DNA of 64,000 nucleotides from an uncultured delta proteobacterium (GTDB taxonomy: Bacteria; Desulfobacterota; Binatia; UBA9968). The position numbers and the translations under genes were made by a program. Location of the stretch: contig CAVTUQ010000002.1 in the NCBI GenBank assembly GCA_963737905.1, forward strand, positions 288,001 through 352,000, written 5' to 3'. Under the pieces are notes generated by a model. It was not told where the DNA came from. It saw only the letters and a list, made by a program, of their open reading frames with translations, and did not search any database. Shown here in pieces: positions 1 to 10,505 of the stretch; the stretch's first letter is position 1; each line of letters begins with the position of its first letter.

Positions 1-316
1 CCTGATCGCAGATCGGACAATCCAGGGGATGGTTGACGAGAAGAAACTCCATCACCGCTTTGCGGACGGCCAGAACTTTCGGACTTTGGGTCAATATCGA
101 CATCCCCTCCGCCGCCGATGTATTGCAAGCGATCTGGAGCTTAGGCATCTTCTCGATCTCGACGAGGCACATACGGCAGTTACCCGCGATGGAAAGCTTC
201 GGGTGATAGCAATAGTGGGGGATGTCGATACCCGTCTCCGCCGCCACCTCGATAACGTTTTTGCCTTTGGTGGTGGCGACCTCTTTGCCGTCGATGGTGA
301 GCTTAATCGGATCCAT
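1..316 (-). CDS. nuoG: NADH-quinone oxidoreductase subunit G, N-terminal part (runs off window)
   Basis: Manual translation from ATG 316: MDPIKLTIDGKEV...IPHYCYHPKLSIAGNCRMCLVEI...HPLDCPICDQ, the NuoG Fe-S motifs; follows nuoF. Confidence 0.9.
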   Translation of the reverse strand, partial: MDPIKLTIDGKEVATTKGKNVIEVAAETGIDIPHYCYHPKLSIAGNCRMCLVEIEKMPKLQIACNTSAAEGMSILTQSPKVLAVRKAVMEFLLVNHPLDCPICDQ

Positions 317-339
317 AAGAATCAAATGACGAAAAATTA

Positions 340-400
340 GAGTGTTGGAGTCACGGAATGATGGGCCGGCACAACAATCCAATAGTCCATTATTCCACTC
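340..400. repeat. Imperfect inverted repeat built of ~8-mer units (TGGAGTCA CGGAATGA ... TCCAATAG TCCATTAT TCCACTC)
   Basis: Seen between nuoG and nuoF; overlaps the nuoF stop codon. Confidence 0.55.
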
Positions 401-1661
401 TTACCGTGCAACGCTTTTGCGCGATGTGCTCCTCAAACTCCTCACGATACTTTTTTATAAACGCCGCCGCCGGCATCGCCGCCGCATCGCCAAAGGGGCA
501 GATGGTGTTGCCCATGATATTGTTGCTGACGTTGAGAATCAGATCGAGATCGTCCTTGTCGCCCTCTCCCTGCTCAATGCGGTGAAAAATCTTTTCCATC
601 CAGTGACAGCCTTCGCGGCACGGGCTGCATTGCCCACAGGACTCGTGGGCGAAAAACCGTGCAAGGTTCCACGCGGCGCGAACCATGCAGGTGGTATCGT
701 CCATCACAATGACTCCGCCCGAGCCGAGTAGACTTCCTGCAGCCTGGACGGATTCATAGTCGAGATTTACTTTCTCCAACTCGTCCGGGCGCAGCACCGG
801 CATCGAACCGCCGCCGGGAATGACCCCTTTCAGTTTTCTCCCGTTGGGCACCCCGCCGCAGTCTTCCTCAAGGAATTTAATGAACGGATAACCCATCTCC
901 AATTCGTACACGCCGGGTTTGCTGATATCGCCGCTCACGCTAAAAAGCTTGGTGCCTTTGCTCTTATCCGTTCCCATGGCAGCATAAGCCCCCGCACCGT
1001 GCTCGATGATCCACGGCAGCGCCGCCAGCGTTTCGACATTGTTGACCACCGTCGGGCACCCGAACAGGCCGTGGGTCGCCGGAAAAGGGGGTTTGACCTT
1101 CGGCCAACCTCTTCCACCTTCCAGCGAAGACAGCAGCGCTGTTTCTTCGCCGCAAATATAGGCCCCGGCTCCCCTATGAACGATCACGTCTACGTCGTAA
1201 CCTGAGTCGAGGACATTTCTGCCTATGTAACCGGCCTGAGTCGCTTCACCCACCGCGCGTTCGAGAACACCGGCGCCAAACGCGAGCTCGCCGCGAATGT
1301 AAATAAAGGCCGTATGGGACCGAATCGCGTAGGCCGCAATCAGGGTTCCTTCGATGATCGCGTGCGGATCTTTTTCGATGAGCAATCGGTCTTTGAACGT
1401 TCCGGGCTCGCTTTCGTCCGCGTTGCAAACCAGATATTTCGGCTTAGGGCTATCTTTGGGGACGAAGCTCCACTTCATCCCGGTGGGAAATCCCGCGCCG
1501 CCGCGCCCCCTCAGCCCCGAGGCTTTGACCTCGTCGATCAGCTGCTCCGGCCCGACGCTCTTAACGATTTTTTCCCAGGATCGATAACCGCCGCGCGAAC
1601 TATAAACCGCCAGCGTATGGGAATCCGGCACATCGATATTGCGTAGCAGAACTTTTTCCAT
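390..1661 (-). CDS. nuoF: NADH-quinone oxidoreductase subunit F
   Basis: GRGGAGFPTG, NADESEPGTFKDR, GAGAYICGEETAL, ESCGQCSPCREG motifs. Confidence 0.97.
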   Translation of the reverse strand: MEKVLLRNIDVPDSHTLAVYSSRGGYRSWEKIVKSVGPEQLIDEVKASGLRGRGGAGFPTGMKWSFVPKDSPKPKYLVCNADESEPGTFKDRLLIEKDPHAIIEGTLIAAYAIRSHTAFIYIRGELAFGAGVLERAVGEATQAGYIGRNVLDSGYDVDVIVHRGAGAYICGEETALLSSLEGGRGWPKVKPPFPATHGLFGCPTVVNNVETLAALPWIIEHGAGAYAAMGTDKSKGTKLFSVSGDISKPGVYELEMGYPFIKFLEEDCGGVPNGRKLKGVIPGGGSMPVLRPDELEKVNLDYESVQAAGSLLGSGGVIVMDDTTCMVRAAWNLARFFAHESCGQCSPCREGCHWMEKIFHRIEQGEGDKDDLDLILNVSNNIMGNTICPFGDAAAMPAAAFIKKYREEFEEHIAQKRCTVRVE

Positions 1662-1679
1662 GACGAGCGATAAGCGGGC

Positions 1680-2153
1680 TTATTTCAGTGAAGCGAGTAT
1701 CTCGGTTACCTTTTCGTCGGTCAGATTCTCGTAATAATCCTCGTTGATTTGCATCATCGGCGCCGTACCACAGGAAGCCAGGCACTCGACTTCAGACAGT
1801 GTGAACTTTCCGTCCCCTGTGGTTTGTCCGAGCTCGATCCCCAGCAGTGTCTTCAGGAAACTCGTCAGCTTTTCAGCGCCACGCAGCGCACAGGGCAACG
1901 TGCGGCAGACCTGAATATGATGCCGCCCGATGGGCTTCGTATTGAGCATGGTGTAAAAGCTTACCACCCCCTGGACTCGCGCCGGCGACTGGCCCATGAG
2001 TTGCGCAATGTACTCGATCGCTTCTTGCCCCAGATGTCCAAACTCCTGCTGGGCGAGACAAAGCACCGGCAGCAGCGCCGCCTCTTTCCTGGGATAACGA
2101 GCCACCGTCGCTTCGAATTTCGCGTAAGTTTCCGGTGAGAACTCTAACGCCAT
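1680..2153 (-). CDS. nuoE: NADH-quinone oxidoreductase subunit E
   Basis: CRTLPC...CLASCGTAP 2Fe-2S motif; operon position. Confidence 0.96.
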   Translation of the reverse strand: MALEFSPETYAKFEATVARYPRKEAALLPVLCLAQQEFGHLGQEAIEYIAQLMGQSPARVQGVVSFYTMLNTKPIGRHHIQVCRTLPCALRGAEKLTSFLKTLLGIELGQTTGDGKFTLSEVECLASCGTAPMMQINEDYYENLTDEKVTEILASLK

Positions 2154-2166
2154 AGTCTTTCGAACT

Positions 2167-2253
2167 GAAGATCGAGGATGGAGAATTGAGGATCGTGTTG
2201 TCTCGGATCCATTTGAATCTTCAATCCTCGATCTTCCATCCTCAATCTTCGAT
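2167..2253. repeat. Heptamer-unit inverted repeat (GAAGATC GAGGATG GAGAATT GAGGATC ... AATCTTC AATCCTC GATCTTC CATCCTC AATCTTC)
   Basis: 7-bp periodic arms in inverted orientation filling the nuoD-nuoE spacer. Confidence 0.75.
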
Positions 2254-2262
2254 TTTCTTACT

Positions 2263-3450
2263 TCAACGGTCGCACTCGCCGCCGATCATGTTAACCATAC
2301 CGAAGGTCGGGACAATATCCGCAACCATGTAACCTTTGATCATCTCATGAAAGGCACCCATCGCAATGAAACACGGCGGTCGCACTCTGATGCGATAGGG
2401 TCGACCGCCGCCGTCGCTCACGATATAAAAGCCCAGTTCTCCGTTGCCCCCTTCGACAGCGAAATAGGTTTCACCGGGCGGCACATGGATTCCTTCCATA
2501 ATGATTTTGAAATGATGCATCAGCCCTTCGATGCTGTTATAGACCTTTTCCTTTTCCGGCAATACGAAGCGCGGGTCGTCGATCCAAACCGGACCCACCG
2601 GAATTTTCTGCAGCGCCTGATCGATAATTCTCATGCTCTGCTCGATTTCCTGTAAGCGACAGACGAAGCGATCATAATTATCGCCTCTGCTCCCCAGAGG
2701 GATACTGAAATCGAGCTGGTCATAAACCAGGTAGGGATAAGTTTTGCGCACATCGTAGTTGACGCCGGTGGCACGCAGGATCGGGCCCGTGAGACAATAG
2801 GTCATGGCCGTCTCTTGAGAGATGGTTCCGACGTTGGACATTCGGTCAATAAATATTCGGTTGCGCGAAAGCAAACGATCGCAGTCGCCCAATATTTTGC
2901 GCACGGTCTTGAACGTTTGGCCGACCCGTTCGGCAAAGCCTTGAAGCAGATCATGCTTCACACCGCCGATGCGAACATAGGTGACGGTCAAGCGCGCGCC
3001 GGTGAGACTTTCAATGATTCTCATGACCAGCTCGCGTGCCTCGATCATGTAAAAGCCCACGGTAATGGCGCCCAGTTCCGACGCCGCCATGCCGCAGCAG
3101 GTGAGATGGTCAAAGATGCGCGCCAGCTCGCTGACAATGACGCGAATGTACTGGCAGCGGGGAGGAGTCTCGACGCCGATGAGCTTTTCCACTGCCAGGG
3201 CATAGCCGACGTTGTTGATCAGCGAAGAGGCGTAATTGAGTCGATCCGTATACGGGATCACCTGTGTCCAGGTCACCTGCTCGCAACTCTTGTCGAACCC
3301 GCGATGGAGAAAACCTACTTCGACATCGCATTCGAGGACTTTTTCGCCTTCGAGTTTGAGATTGAACTTGATGGTTCCATGGGTCGCCGGGTGGGAAGGC
3401 CCCATCTGCAACTCCATGATTTCCAGAGGTAGCTCTTGTGACTCAACCAT
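2263..3450 (-). CDS. nuoD: NADH-quinone oxidoreductase subunit D
   Basis: MGPSHPATHG, GFLHRG, DRLNY, C-terminal GECDR. Confidence 0.97.
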   Translation of the reverse strand: MVESQELPLEIMELQMGPSHPATHGTIKFNLKLEGEKVLECDVEVGFLHRGFDKSCEQVTWTQVIPYTDRLNYASSLINNVGYALAVEKLIGVETPPRCQYIRVIVSELARIFDHLTCCGMAASELGAITVGFYMIEARELVMRIIESLTGARLTVTYVRIGGVKHDLLQGFAERVGQTFKTVRKILGDCDRLLSRNRIFIDRMSNVGTISQETAMTYCLTGPILRATGVNYDVRKTYPYLVYDQLDFSIPLGSRGDNYDRFVCRLQEIEQSMRIIDQALQKIPVGPVWIDDPRFVLPEKEKVYNSIEGLMHHFKIIMEGIHVPPGETYFAVEGGNGELGFYIVSDGGGRPYRIRVRPPCFIAMGAFHEMIKGYMVADIVPTFGMVNMIGGECDR

Positions 3451-4013
3451 CAGTTCTTCTGGCCCAGCGCTTGTTTGAGCATTAGCAACTTGTTGCGGGA
3501 CCGTTCATCGACGAAGGTTCCCTCCACGGGACGCTCCGGAACCCGCGGCTGCCAGAGATTGACCGGATAATCCTTACGCAGCGGATGACCTTGAAATTCT
3601 TCATAGAGCAAAACGCGCCGCAAATCCGGATGATCGATAAAGCGGATACCGAATAGGTCCCAAACTTCCCGTTCGAGAAAATTCGCGCCTTTCCAAAGCG
3701 GGGTTAGGGAGTCCACCGCCGCGTCCTCTTCGGGCACGGGAACTCGCACGCGAAGCCTCCGCCCTTCCTTCAAGGCGGCAACCTGATAGACGACCTCGAA
3801 GCGTGGCTCTTTCTTCTGCCAATAGTCCACGGCAGTGATATCGCTGAGGAAATCTAAACTGAGTTTCGAATCTTCTTTGAAGAAGCGGAAACTCTCTCTC
3901 AAACCGGTCCTGTCGAGTATTAAAATATCATCACCTCGAAACAGCAACGCTTCCAGAACTCTCGGACCAAGTTTTTCTTGAATATATTGGAGTTGTGCGC
4001 TGGCCTCAGACAT
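3450..4013 (-). CDS. nuoC: NADH-quinone oxidoreductase subunit C
   Basis: ANFLEREVWDLFGIRF.HPDLRR, GHPLRKDYP; 1-bp overlap with nuoD. Confidence 0.96.
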   Translation of the reverse strand: MSEASAQLQYIQEKLGPRVLEALLFRGDDILILDRTGLRESFRFFKEDSKLSLDFLSDITAVDYWQKKEPRFEVVYQVAALKEGRRLRVRVPVPEEDAAVDSLTPLWKGANFLEREVWDLFGIRFIDHPDLRRVLLYEEFQGHPLRKDYPVNLWQPRVPERPVEGTFVDERSRNKLLMLKQALGQKN

Positions 4014-4019
4014 ATACCA

Positions 4020-4376
4020 TCAATCCCACTCCAGGGCGCCCTTTTTCCATACGTAGACGAAGCCGATCAAAAGGATGCCGAGGAATATGCCCATTTCAAT
4101 TAAACCAAAAATTCCCAGGTGGCGAAAGAGAATCGCCCAAGGATACAGGAAAACGACCTCGAGATCGAAAATAAGAAACAGCATCGCCACCAAATAGAAC
4201 CGCACGGAAAAGCGAATGTGCGCGTCTCCCCGTGGAGGGTTACCGGACTCGAAAGGTTCCGCTTTGACCGGATTAGGCGATTTCGGACCGACTTTTTGCG
4301 CGACGAAAAGCAAGCCGAGTACAACGACTCCTGCCAGTATAAACAGGATGAGCAGCGGGAAATAGGGATGATCCAT
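4020..4376 (-). CDS. nuoA: NADH-quinone oxidoreductase subunit A
   Basis: PFESG, FSVRFYLVAMLFLIFDLEVVFLYPWA, KGALEW. Confidence 0.96.
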   Translation of the reverse strand: MDHPYFPLLILFILAGVVVLGLLFVAQKVGPKSPNPVKAEPFESGNPPRGDAHIRFSVRFYLVAMLFLIFDLEVVFLYPWAILFRHLGIFGLIEMGIFLGILLIGFVYVWKKGALEWD

Positions 4377-4391
4377 GAATTGGCGGCTAAT

Positions 4392-4426
4392 AAAAAAAAA
4401 CCGTACCGCCCAATCGAGAGGTACGG
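4392..4426 (-). terminator. Intrinsic terminator-like hairpin 15 nt upstream of nuoA
   Basis: Minus strand CCGTACC-12nt-GGTACGG followed by T9. Confidence 0.7.
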
Positions 4427-4459
4427 ATTCAGAACCGGTGACACCGGGGATCTAAATTT

Positions 4460-4488
4460 TTTCTAGTGGAAAACAGAGTGCTTGTCAA
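4460..4488 (-). promoter_or_regulatory. Putative sigma70 promoter for the nuo leader
   Basis: TTGACA-17nt-TAGAAA on minus strand. Confidence 0.5.
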
Positions 4489-4725
4489 GGTAAAGCATAG
4501 ACTCAGAGGACGTTGATGCAGTTTCTCTTAAAGTTCCGTAGAAAAATCACGATGATGTTGACCAGCCACAACCATCGGTGCTAATCCTCTGGCCGTTCAC
4601 AGGAGGATCGTCCTGTCGATGACGCTGGCGACCCGCGACAACGAATAGTTCCCAATTGTACCGAAAAATGATGGGACTTAAGTGATCCTCTTGTAGTAAT
4701 TTCTGATCGGAAAAAGGAGACCACC

Positions 4726-6087
4726 GTGCTTTACGAAGCGGAAAAAGGCGACTTCACTCTGGCGCTCGCCGGGGACACGATGCTCACGCGCAAGCTTACA
4801 CCTTTCAAAGAGGAAAGGTTCTTGGGGCTGCGTCAGATTATCAACGGCTGCGATGCGGCCTTCGCAAACCTCGAGGGGACGGTGCACACCTGGGACGAAG
4901 GGACACCGGGAATCACGCAGGGTACCTTCATGACGACGGAGCCGAAGCTGCTCGAAGACTTGAAATGGCTCGGCATCAACATGGTTTCCTGCGCCAACAA
5001 TCACGCTTTCGACTATGGCGAGGGCGGCGTGCTGGCGAATATTCGTCATTTGGACGAAGCAGGGATGGTCCACGCCGGCACCGGCAAGAATCTCGCGGAG
5101 GCCAGAGCACCTGGATATCTCGATACGCGCAATGGGCGCGTTGCCCTGATTGCCGCAACCGCTACGTTCCGGCAATGGAACCAGGCCGGCGAACAGCGGC
5201 CGGATCTGCGCGGAAGATCCGGCATCAACCCGTTGGCATTTGAAACTACCTATCGCGTGGACAAAGCAGCGTTTGAACAACTCCAGCGCATGAGCCGCGA
5301 GCTCGGTTTCGAAATGAGCAAGGAAAGAGCGCGCAAGCATTTCTATAGCGACAAGGAAATCCCCGGCGACAAAGCGGCGGAGCTCGTCCTGTTGGGGAAT
5401 CGCTATATGCTGGATCAAGGCTTTTCGATTTCGACCAAGGCCAGCGAACGCGATCTTAGTGACAACCTCCGATGGATTCGGGAAGCCCGCCGTCAAGCGG
5501 ATTGGGTTGTTGTCAGCGCTCACTGCCATGAGTTCGGCGGAGAAACCCTGCTAAGCGCCCGCACGCGAGGCGAACTGGAAGAGACGGCGGACTTTTTCAC
5601 GGATTTCGCGCACAAGGCAATAGACACTGGGGCGGACGTTTTCGTCGGGCACGGCTCGCACTTTCCCATGGGCGTTGAAATCTACCAAGGCAAACCGATC
5701 TTCTATAGTGTGGGAAATTTTGTCTTCCAGAATGAGACCGTCAGCTTTTTTCCCGCCGACGCCTACGAGCGCTTCGATCTGGATCTTAGGGCAACCCCGT
5801 CAGACTTTTTGGATGCTCGCACCAGCGGCGGCAAAAAAGGCCATCCGAGCGACCCGGCCTACTGGGAAAATATGTTCGCCGTCTGCCATTTCGATAAAAA
5901 CAAGCTCAAAGAAATAAAAATCTTTCCCATCGATCAAGGCTTCGGCCGCCCCCGGCCCCAGCGCGGCCGGCCGTTGCTCGCCGAAGGCGAAGTCGCCAAC
6001 CGTGTCATCGAACGGGTCACTCGCCTTTCAAAGCGCTACGGGACTACGATTTCAAAGCGCAACGGCGTGGGTGTTATCGAAATCTGA
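4726..6087 (+). CDS. CapA / PGA_cap family metallophosphoesterase-fold protein
   Basis: LAGD, ANLEG, ANNHAFDYG, SAHCHE, GHGSH, YSVGNFVF motifs; AGGAG RBS. Confidence 0.88.
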   Translation: MLYEAEKGDFTLALAGDTMLTRKLTPFKEERFLGLRQIINGCDAAFANLEGTVHTWDEGTPGITQGTFMTTEPKLLEDLKWLGINMVSCANNHAFDYGEGGVLANIRHLDEAGMVHAGTGKNLAEARAPGYLDTRNGRVALIAATATFRQWNQAGEQRPDLRGRSGINPLAFETTYRVDKAAFEQLQRMSRELGFEMSKERARKHFYSDKEIPGDKAAELVLLGNRYMLDQGFSISTKASERDLSDNLRWIREARRQADWVVVSAHCHEFGGETLLSARTRGELEETADFFTDFAHKAIDTGADVFVGHGSHFPMGVEIYQGKPIFYSVGNFVFQNETVSFFPADAYERFDLDLRATPSDFLDARTSGGKKGHPSDPAYWENMFAVCHFDKNKLKEIKIFPIDQGFGRPRPQRGRPLLAEGEVANRVIERVTRLSKRYGTTISKRNGVGVIEI

Positions 6088-6315
6088 TACATCCCGCGGA
6101 TATTGGCTGGTATTTATCTATCTGCTTCTTTTCAGACGGCATTTTTTTGAAAGTGAAGTACGAAAAAACGCGAGCGCAAGATAATTCATCGGACAATCAG
6201 TGCCAATTGTGAATAGTCAGGTGTGGCTTCTGGGGGCGGATCAACTAGCCATTAGATTAGACCGGCGCTAGAACGCCCCTACGTTACGGATGCGATTTTG
6301 CTCCGACTTCGTGAG

Positions 6316-6699
6316 TCATGGGTTGGGTGAAGGCAGCAAGTTTTGCCCGCGGCCCGGTCTCTCAGCAAGAAAATTGTAATCGCACGTATCACAAATAATT
6401 GCTGATATCGGGAGTTGCTCGGTACAGTTCGGGCATGGCTTCAGCTCCGGACTTCGTTGCCTCCCAAAAAGGCGACCGGAAGCGCGCCTATTGATACCGG
6501 TGCCCCGGGCGCGAACGGATTTGAGAAAGCGCCGTTTTCTTTTCACTATCCTCGCCGCGAAAAAAACGAGTGTCAATACCAATGCAGTAAGAAGTATATT
6601 CAGGCCTTCGGCTCTCATGAGGGTGTTACCATACGTCAATACGAGATTCGTTAGGTTTGAAAGATTTTCCACCATGGCTTCGTCCATCAGGTTCACCAC
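6316..6699 (-). CDS. Hypothetical membrane protein with C-terminal zinc ribbon
   Basis: One hydrophobic segment then CPNC...CDTC. Confidence 0.55.
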   Translation of the reverse strand: MVNLMDEAMVENLSNLTNLVLTYGNTLMRAEGLNILLTALVLTLVFFAARIVKRKRRFLKSVRARGTGINRRASGRLFGRQRSPELKPCPNCTEQLPISAIICDTCDYNFLAERPGRGQNLLPSPNP

Positions 6700-6967
6700 C
6701 TAGCCGATGTAAAGCAACAGGAGGGCCCAAGCCTAACGTGCACTGTTTACTTAGGAATGGCATCAATGTCTGCAAATGCTCCAATCCCGTCGATTAGCGA
6801 ACCGCCTCAATTCTCCTCAAGGATGGAACAACGGGTGTTTAAGCCCGGACGGCCTAGAACCGTTTAATAGAGATGTTTGCGGCGTCTTTGAATCCCCCTT
6901 GCACCTTTGCACAATTTTATCGGGAACCCGAAAAAGACCAATTTGCTGGACGCTTCCGCGCAGGCGC

Positions 6968-9900
6968 TTACACGCGCATTAACAGCGCCGACACGCGCGC
7001 CCCGTTGGCTGCCCGAATCGCCGCTGCATACATCCCGACTTGCCGTCGATAAGCCAGCTCGTTCTCACGGAACTCTTCATCGGTCTTGAAATCTATCACC
7101 GTCCAGCACTCATCATGCTCGAAGGCGAGATCGACTACACCCTCGATGAGCAACCCGTCGGGATCGCGCCACGCAACGGGCGCTTCACGACGACACCGGC
7201 CTTTTTGCGCGGCCTGGCGCGCATCGGCGAAAATCGCATGCGCCAGCGCGGCCCGCACGGCTTCCGCGGCGCCAGCAATCTCTTCTGGAACAGCACCCAG
7301 GATGCGGCCGTGAATGGTCGCAAGACTTTGGATCGCGTCGGGCATCGCCATCCAGCGGCACGCTCGCGAAAACCGCGTGCACCAGCGCGCCGAATCGACG
7401 GCCCGACGGCCGGTTGGCCGCGCGTGGCAATTGAACGATTTCCACGGGCGGGAGCTTCGAGTCCGGAACTCCGTCGCCGGCGGTCTTCGCTATCTGAGTT
7501 ACAGTTCGCACTGCCACTGAGTTCTGACTACCAGCGGCAATCGCCTGCTGGCGCCGCTGGCGCCATGAATGGTATTCGGCAAGACCCGATTCGACGATAT
7601 CCGGCGCGACGTCTTTGACGATCAGCTCCGGCCGGCGGATCCCGAGCGGCGCCTCCGCGCCAAGCTTCAGAGCGCGGGGATCCCACCAGACCACGGAGAA
7701 CTCGATGTCAGAGGAATCCAGTCTACGGACGTGCAGTCCGGGAGAAACCGTGCTCGTTCCGGCGCTGCCGCCGGGACGGACCAGTACCGAATCTTTCGAT
7801 TTGAACTCCGGGCAGCCGGGCGCTTGAACCTGCTGCCGCCGCACTTCTTTGGGCGGATAGACCGATTTGTTCAGCGGCTGGATCCAGCCTTCTCTTTCTT
7901 CGTCGCCCACGCCGGGAACCACCAGCAAGTCCCGAGCGCGGGTTGCGGCCACGTACGCCACCCGCATGCCCTCCGCCTCATCGCGCAGCAATTCCTCGCT
8001 TTCGTGTTCAATTAAATCAGCCGGCGCACATCCGGCAAGTCGGATCGCGCACACCCGGCGCTCGGCATCGATGCTGCGGCTGGCCGCGGAGGCGCGCAGT
8101 CTCGCCGTAATGTCGGCGAGGATCACGATGGGGAATTCCAGACCTTTGGCTTTATGCACCGTCATCAGCCGCACCCCATCGCTGCCCTCCTCGAGGATCG
8201 GTGCTTCCCCGGCTTCGCCGCTCTCGGCCTGTGCGCGCAGCTCGTCGATAAAGCCGCGAAACGAAAGGCCACCTTCGGCTTCGTAGCGGCGCGCCAGATC
8301 ACCCACGTGCGCAACATTGGCGAGCACCTGCTCGCCACCGTGCTCGAGGGCAAAGCCGACGTGAGCTCGGGTGGCATCGAGCAGCGCGGCAATCGTCGCC
8401 GCCACCGGCACCCGATTACGCGAGCGATGGAGCCGCTGCAGCAGTTGCAGGGCTTCGAAAATGGGAGCGAGGTTCGGCGGCAATTCGTTAGGGATGCGAA
8501 ACGGATGAAAATGGCCGGCGCGCTGGCGATACTCCAGCAGTTCTTCGTCGCTAATCGCAAACAGCGAACCGCGCAAGGTCGCAAATACGGACAACTCGTC
8601 TTCGGGCCACTCGATGGCAGCCAGCGCGGCGCGCAAAGTCTCGATCTCCGCGCGATTGTGAAACGATCGGCCGCCCACCAGCAGATGCGGAATCCCGCGC
8701 GCTTCGAGCGCCTCGACGTAGGGCCGCGTCATGTCCTCCTGAAAGCTGACGAACCGGCGAAACAGCAAGCAGATATGGCGCGCCTGGATCGGCACGAGAT
8801 GCTCCGCCTCGCCGGGCCTGAAGCCTCGCGCCGCAGTCGGCGCCAGAGATGATTTCGCCGCTGACGGCCGTTCGGCGACTTTCCAGCCGCTTTCGTTAAC
8901 GAGCCAATCGATAAAGGCGCCGACGGCATCGGGAAGCGACTTCTCGATCGAGACGTTGGAGACCCTTCGGTAGCCGTAAGGCTCGGGCACCGGAAGCACG
9001 ACAACCGACGGCTGTTCTTCGGAATCGCTACGAAACGGCTCGAGCGGCACATACGTTGCCTGCAGACCGTCAGGATCGCCGGTCATGACCGGCTCGAAGG
9101 CGGTATTGATGGCGCGCTGGATGTTCGGCCGCGCGCGAAAACTGGTGCGCAAGGTCACCCTTCGAGCACGCGCGGCCTGCAGCATCTCGTACACACTGCA
9201 ATAAATGCCGACATCGGCGCGCCGGAAACGGTAGATCGACTGCTTCGGGTCACCCACCAAAAAGAGCTTTCCGGGTAGCGGGCGAGTTTTGCGCCAGTCC
9301 GTCGCGGCCGGATCGCCGGCGGCCAGTAGCAACAGGATCTCGGCCTGCAGCGGGTCCGTGTCCTGAAACTCATCTACGAAGATGCGTTTGAAACGCTGTT
9401 GAAAACTTGAGCGCACTTCCGGGTTATCCCGGATAAGATCTCGCGTCTTAAGCAGGAGATCGAGAAAATCGAGGGCGCCGGCCCTGGCCTTTGCAGCTTC
9501 ATACGCCAGGACGCAGCCGCGCAGTTCACCGCGGAGCGCCACGGCAAGGTCGGCATTGGCGTCCGCCTCGAAATCGAGCAGAGCATTTTGCAGGTTTTCG
9601 TAGGCTTGCCAAACGTCCTCGCGCGGCACGCCGCTGCGGTAATTTTTGCCGCTCCCTTTGCGCGCGTCTTTGAAGCTGCGATTGCGGCTGAGCTCGATCA
9701 GGCCCGCCTCGAGTCGATCGTAGTCGCGGCTTGCCACCGATTCGGTGCGACGGATCTCGGCCGCGAGCTTTCTGGCCGCCCAGCTATCCGCGTACAGCGT
9801 GTCATGGGCAGCGCCGGGCGGCTCCAATAAATCGGTGAAGCCATTCAAAAGCTGAACCAGCCCGTCTACCCGCGAAGCACGGTCGAAGGGCGGGCGCTGC

Positions 9901-10505
9901 CAGTCACCGTCGAAATCACGCCACTGGATCAACTCCCGGCCTGCCCGCCGCAACCGATCGATGGGGCCGTCACCGCCCTCCACTTGAGCTCCAAAACCGC
10001 TGAACATCGGGCGGCGAAGCGAGCGCTTCACACCTTCTGGCGGATCAGCGAGCTGGCTTTCCAGCCAATAGTGGAACGCTTCGTCGTACGTGCGCTCCGC
10101 CTGGGCTTCGGTGAGGACGGTAAATAACGGATCGATCCGGGCTTCGACGGGCCGCTCACGAAGCAGATCCGCGCAAAAGCCGTGAATCGTGCTGACCTGT
10201 GCTTCCTCGAGCCTGCCCAGCGCGCCATCGAGCCGGTTGCGTTCCGCGGATCCGCTTGCGGATCCTCCTCTCGCCTCTTCGAGCGCCTCGCGCAAACGGA
10301 GCTTCAGCTCGCCTGCGGCCTTTTCCGTGAAGGTCACGGCAACGATCCCGGTCACTTCGGCTCGCCCGGTTTCGATGACACGCACGATGCGCCGCACCAG
10401 TTCGGTGGTCTTGCCGGTGCCGGCGGCGGCTTCGACTATCAATGTGTCGTCGAGGGCGGTTGAAATCTCGTCGCGATCGGCTTGATCGGCAAGGGCCGGT
10501 TTCAT
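6968..10505 (-). CDS. addA: AddA/AdnB-like UvrD helicase with C-terminal PD-(D/E)XK nuclease (one frameshift ~7341)
   Basis: AAAGTGKT, VDEFQDTD, VGDPKQSIYRFR, TVHKAKGLEF, YVAATRAR; nuclease GVVDL...IDFKT in ORF 6968-7351; removing one C at ~7341 joins the frames (DGDA-DAIQSL). Confidence 0.85.
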
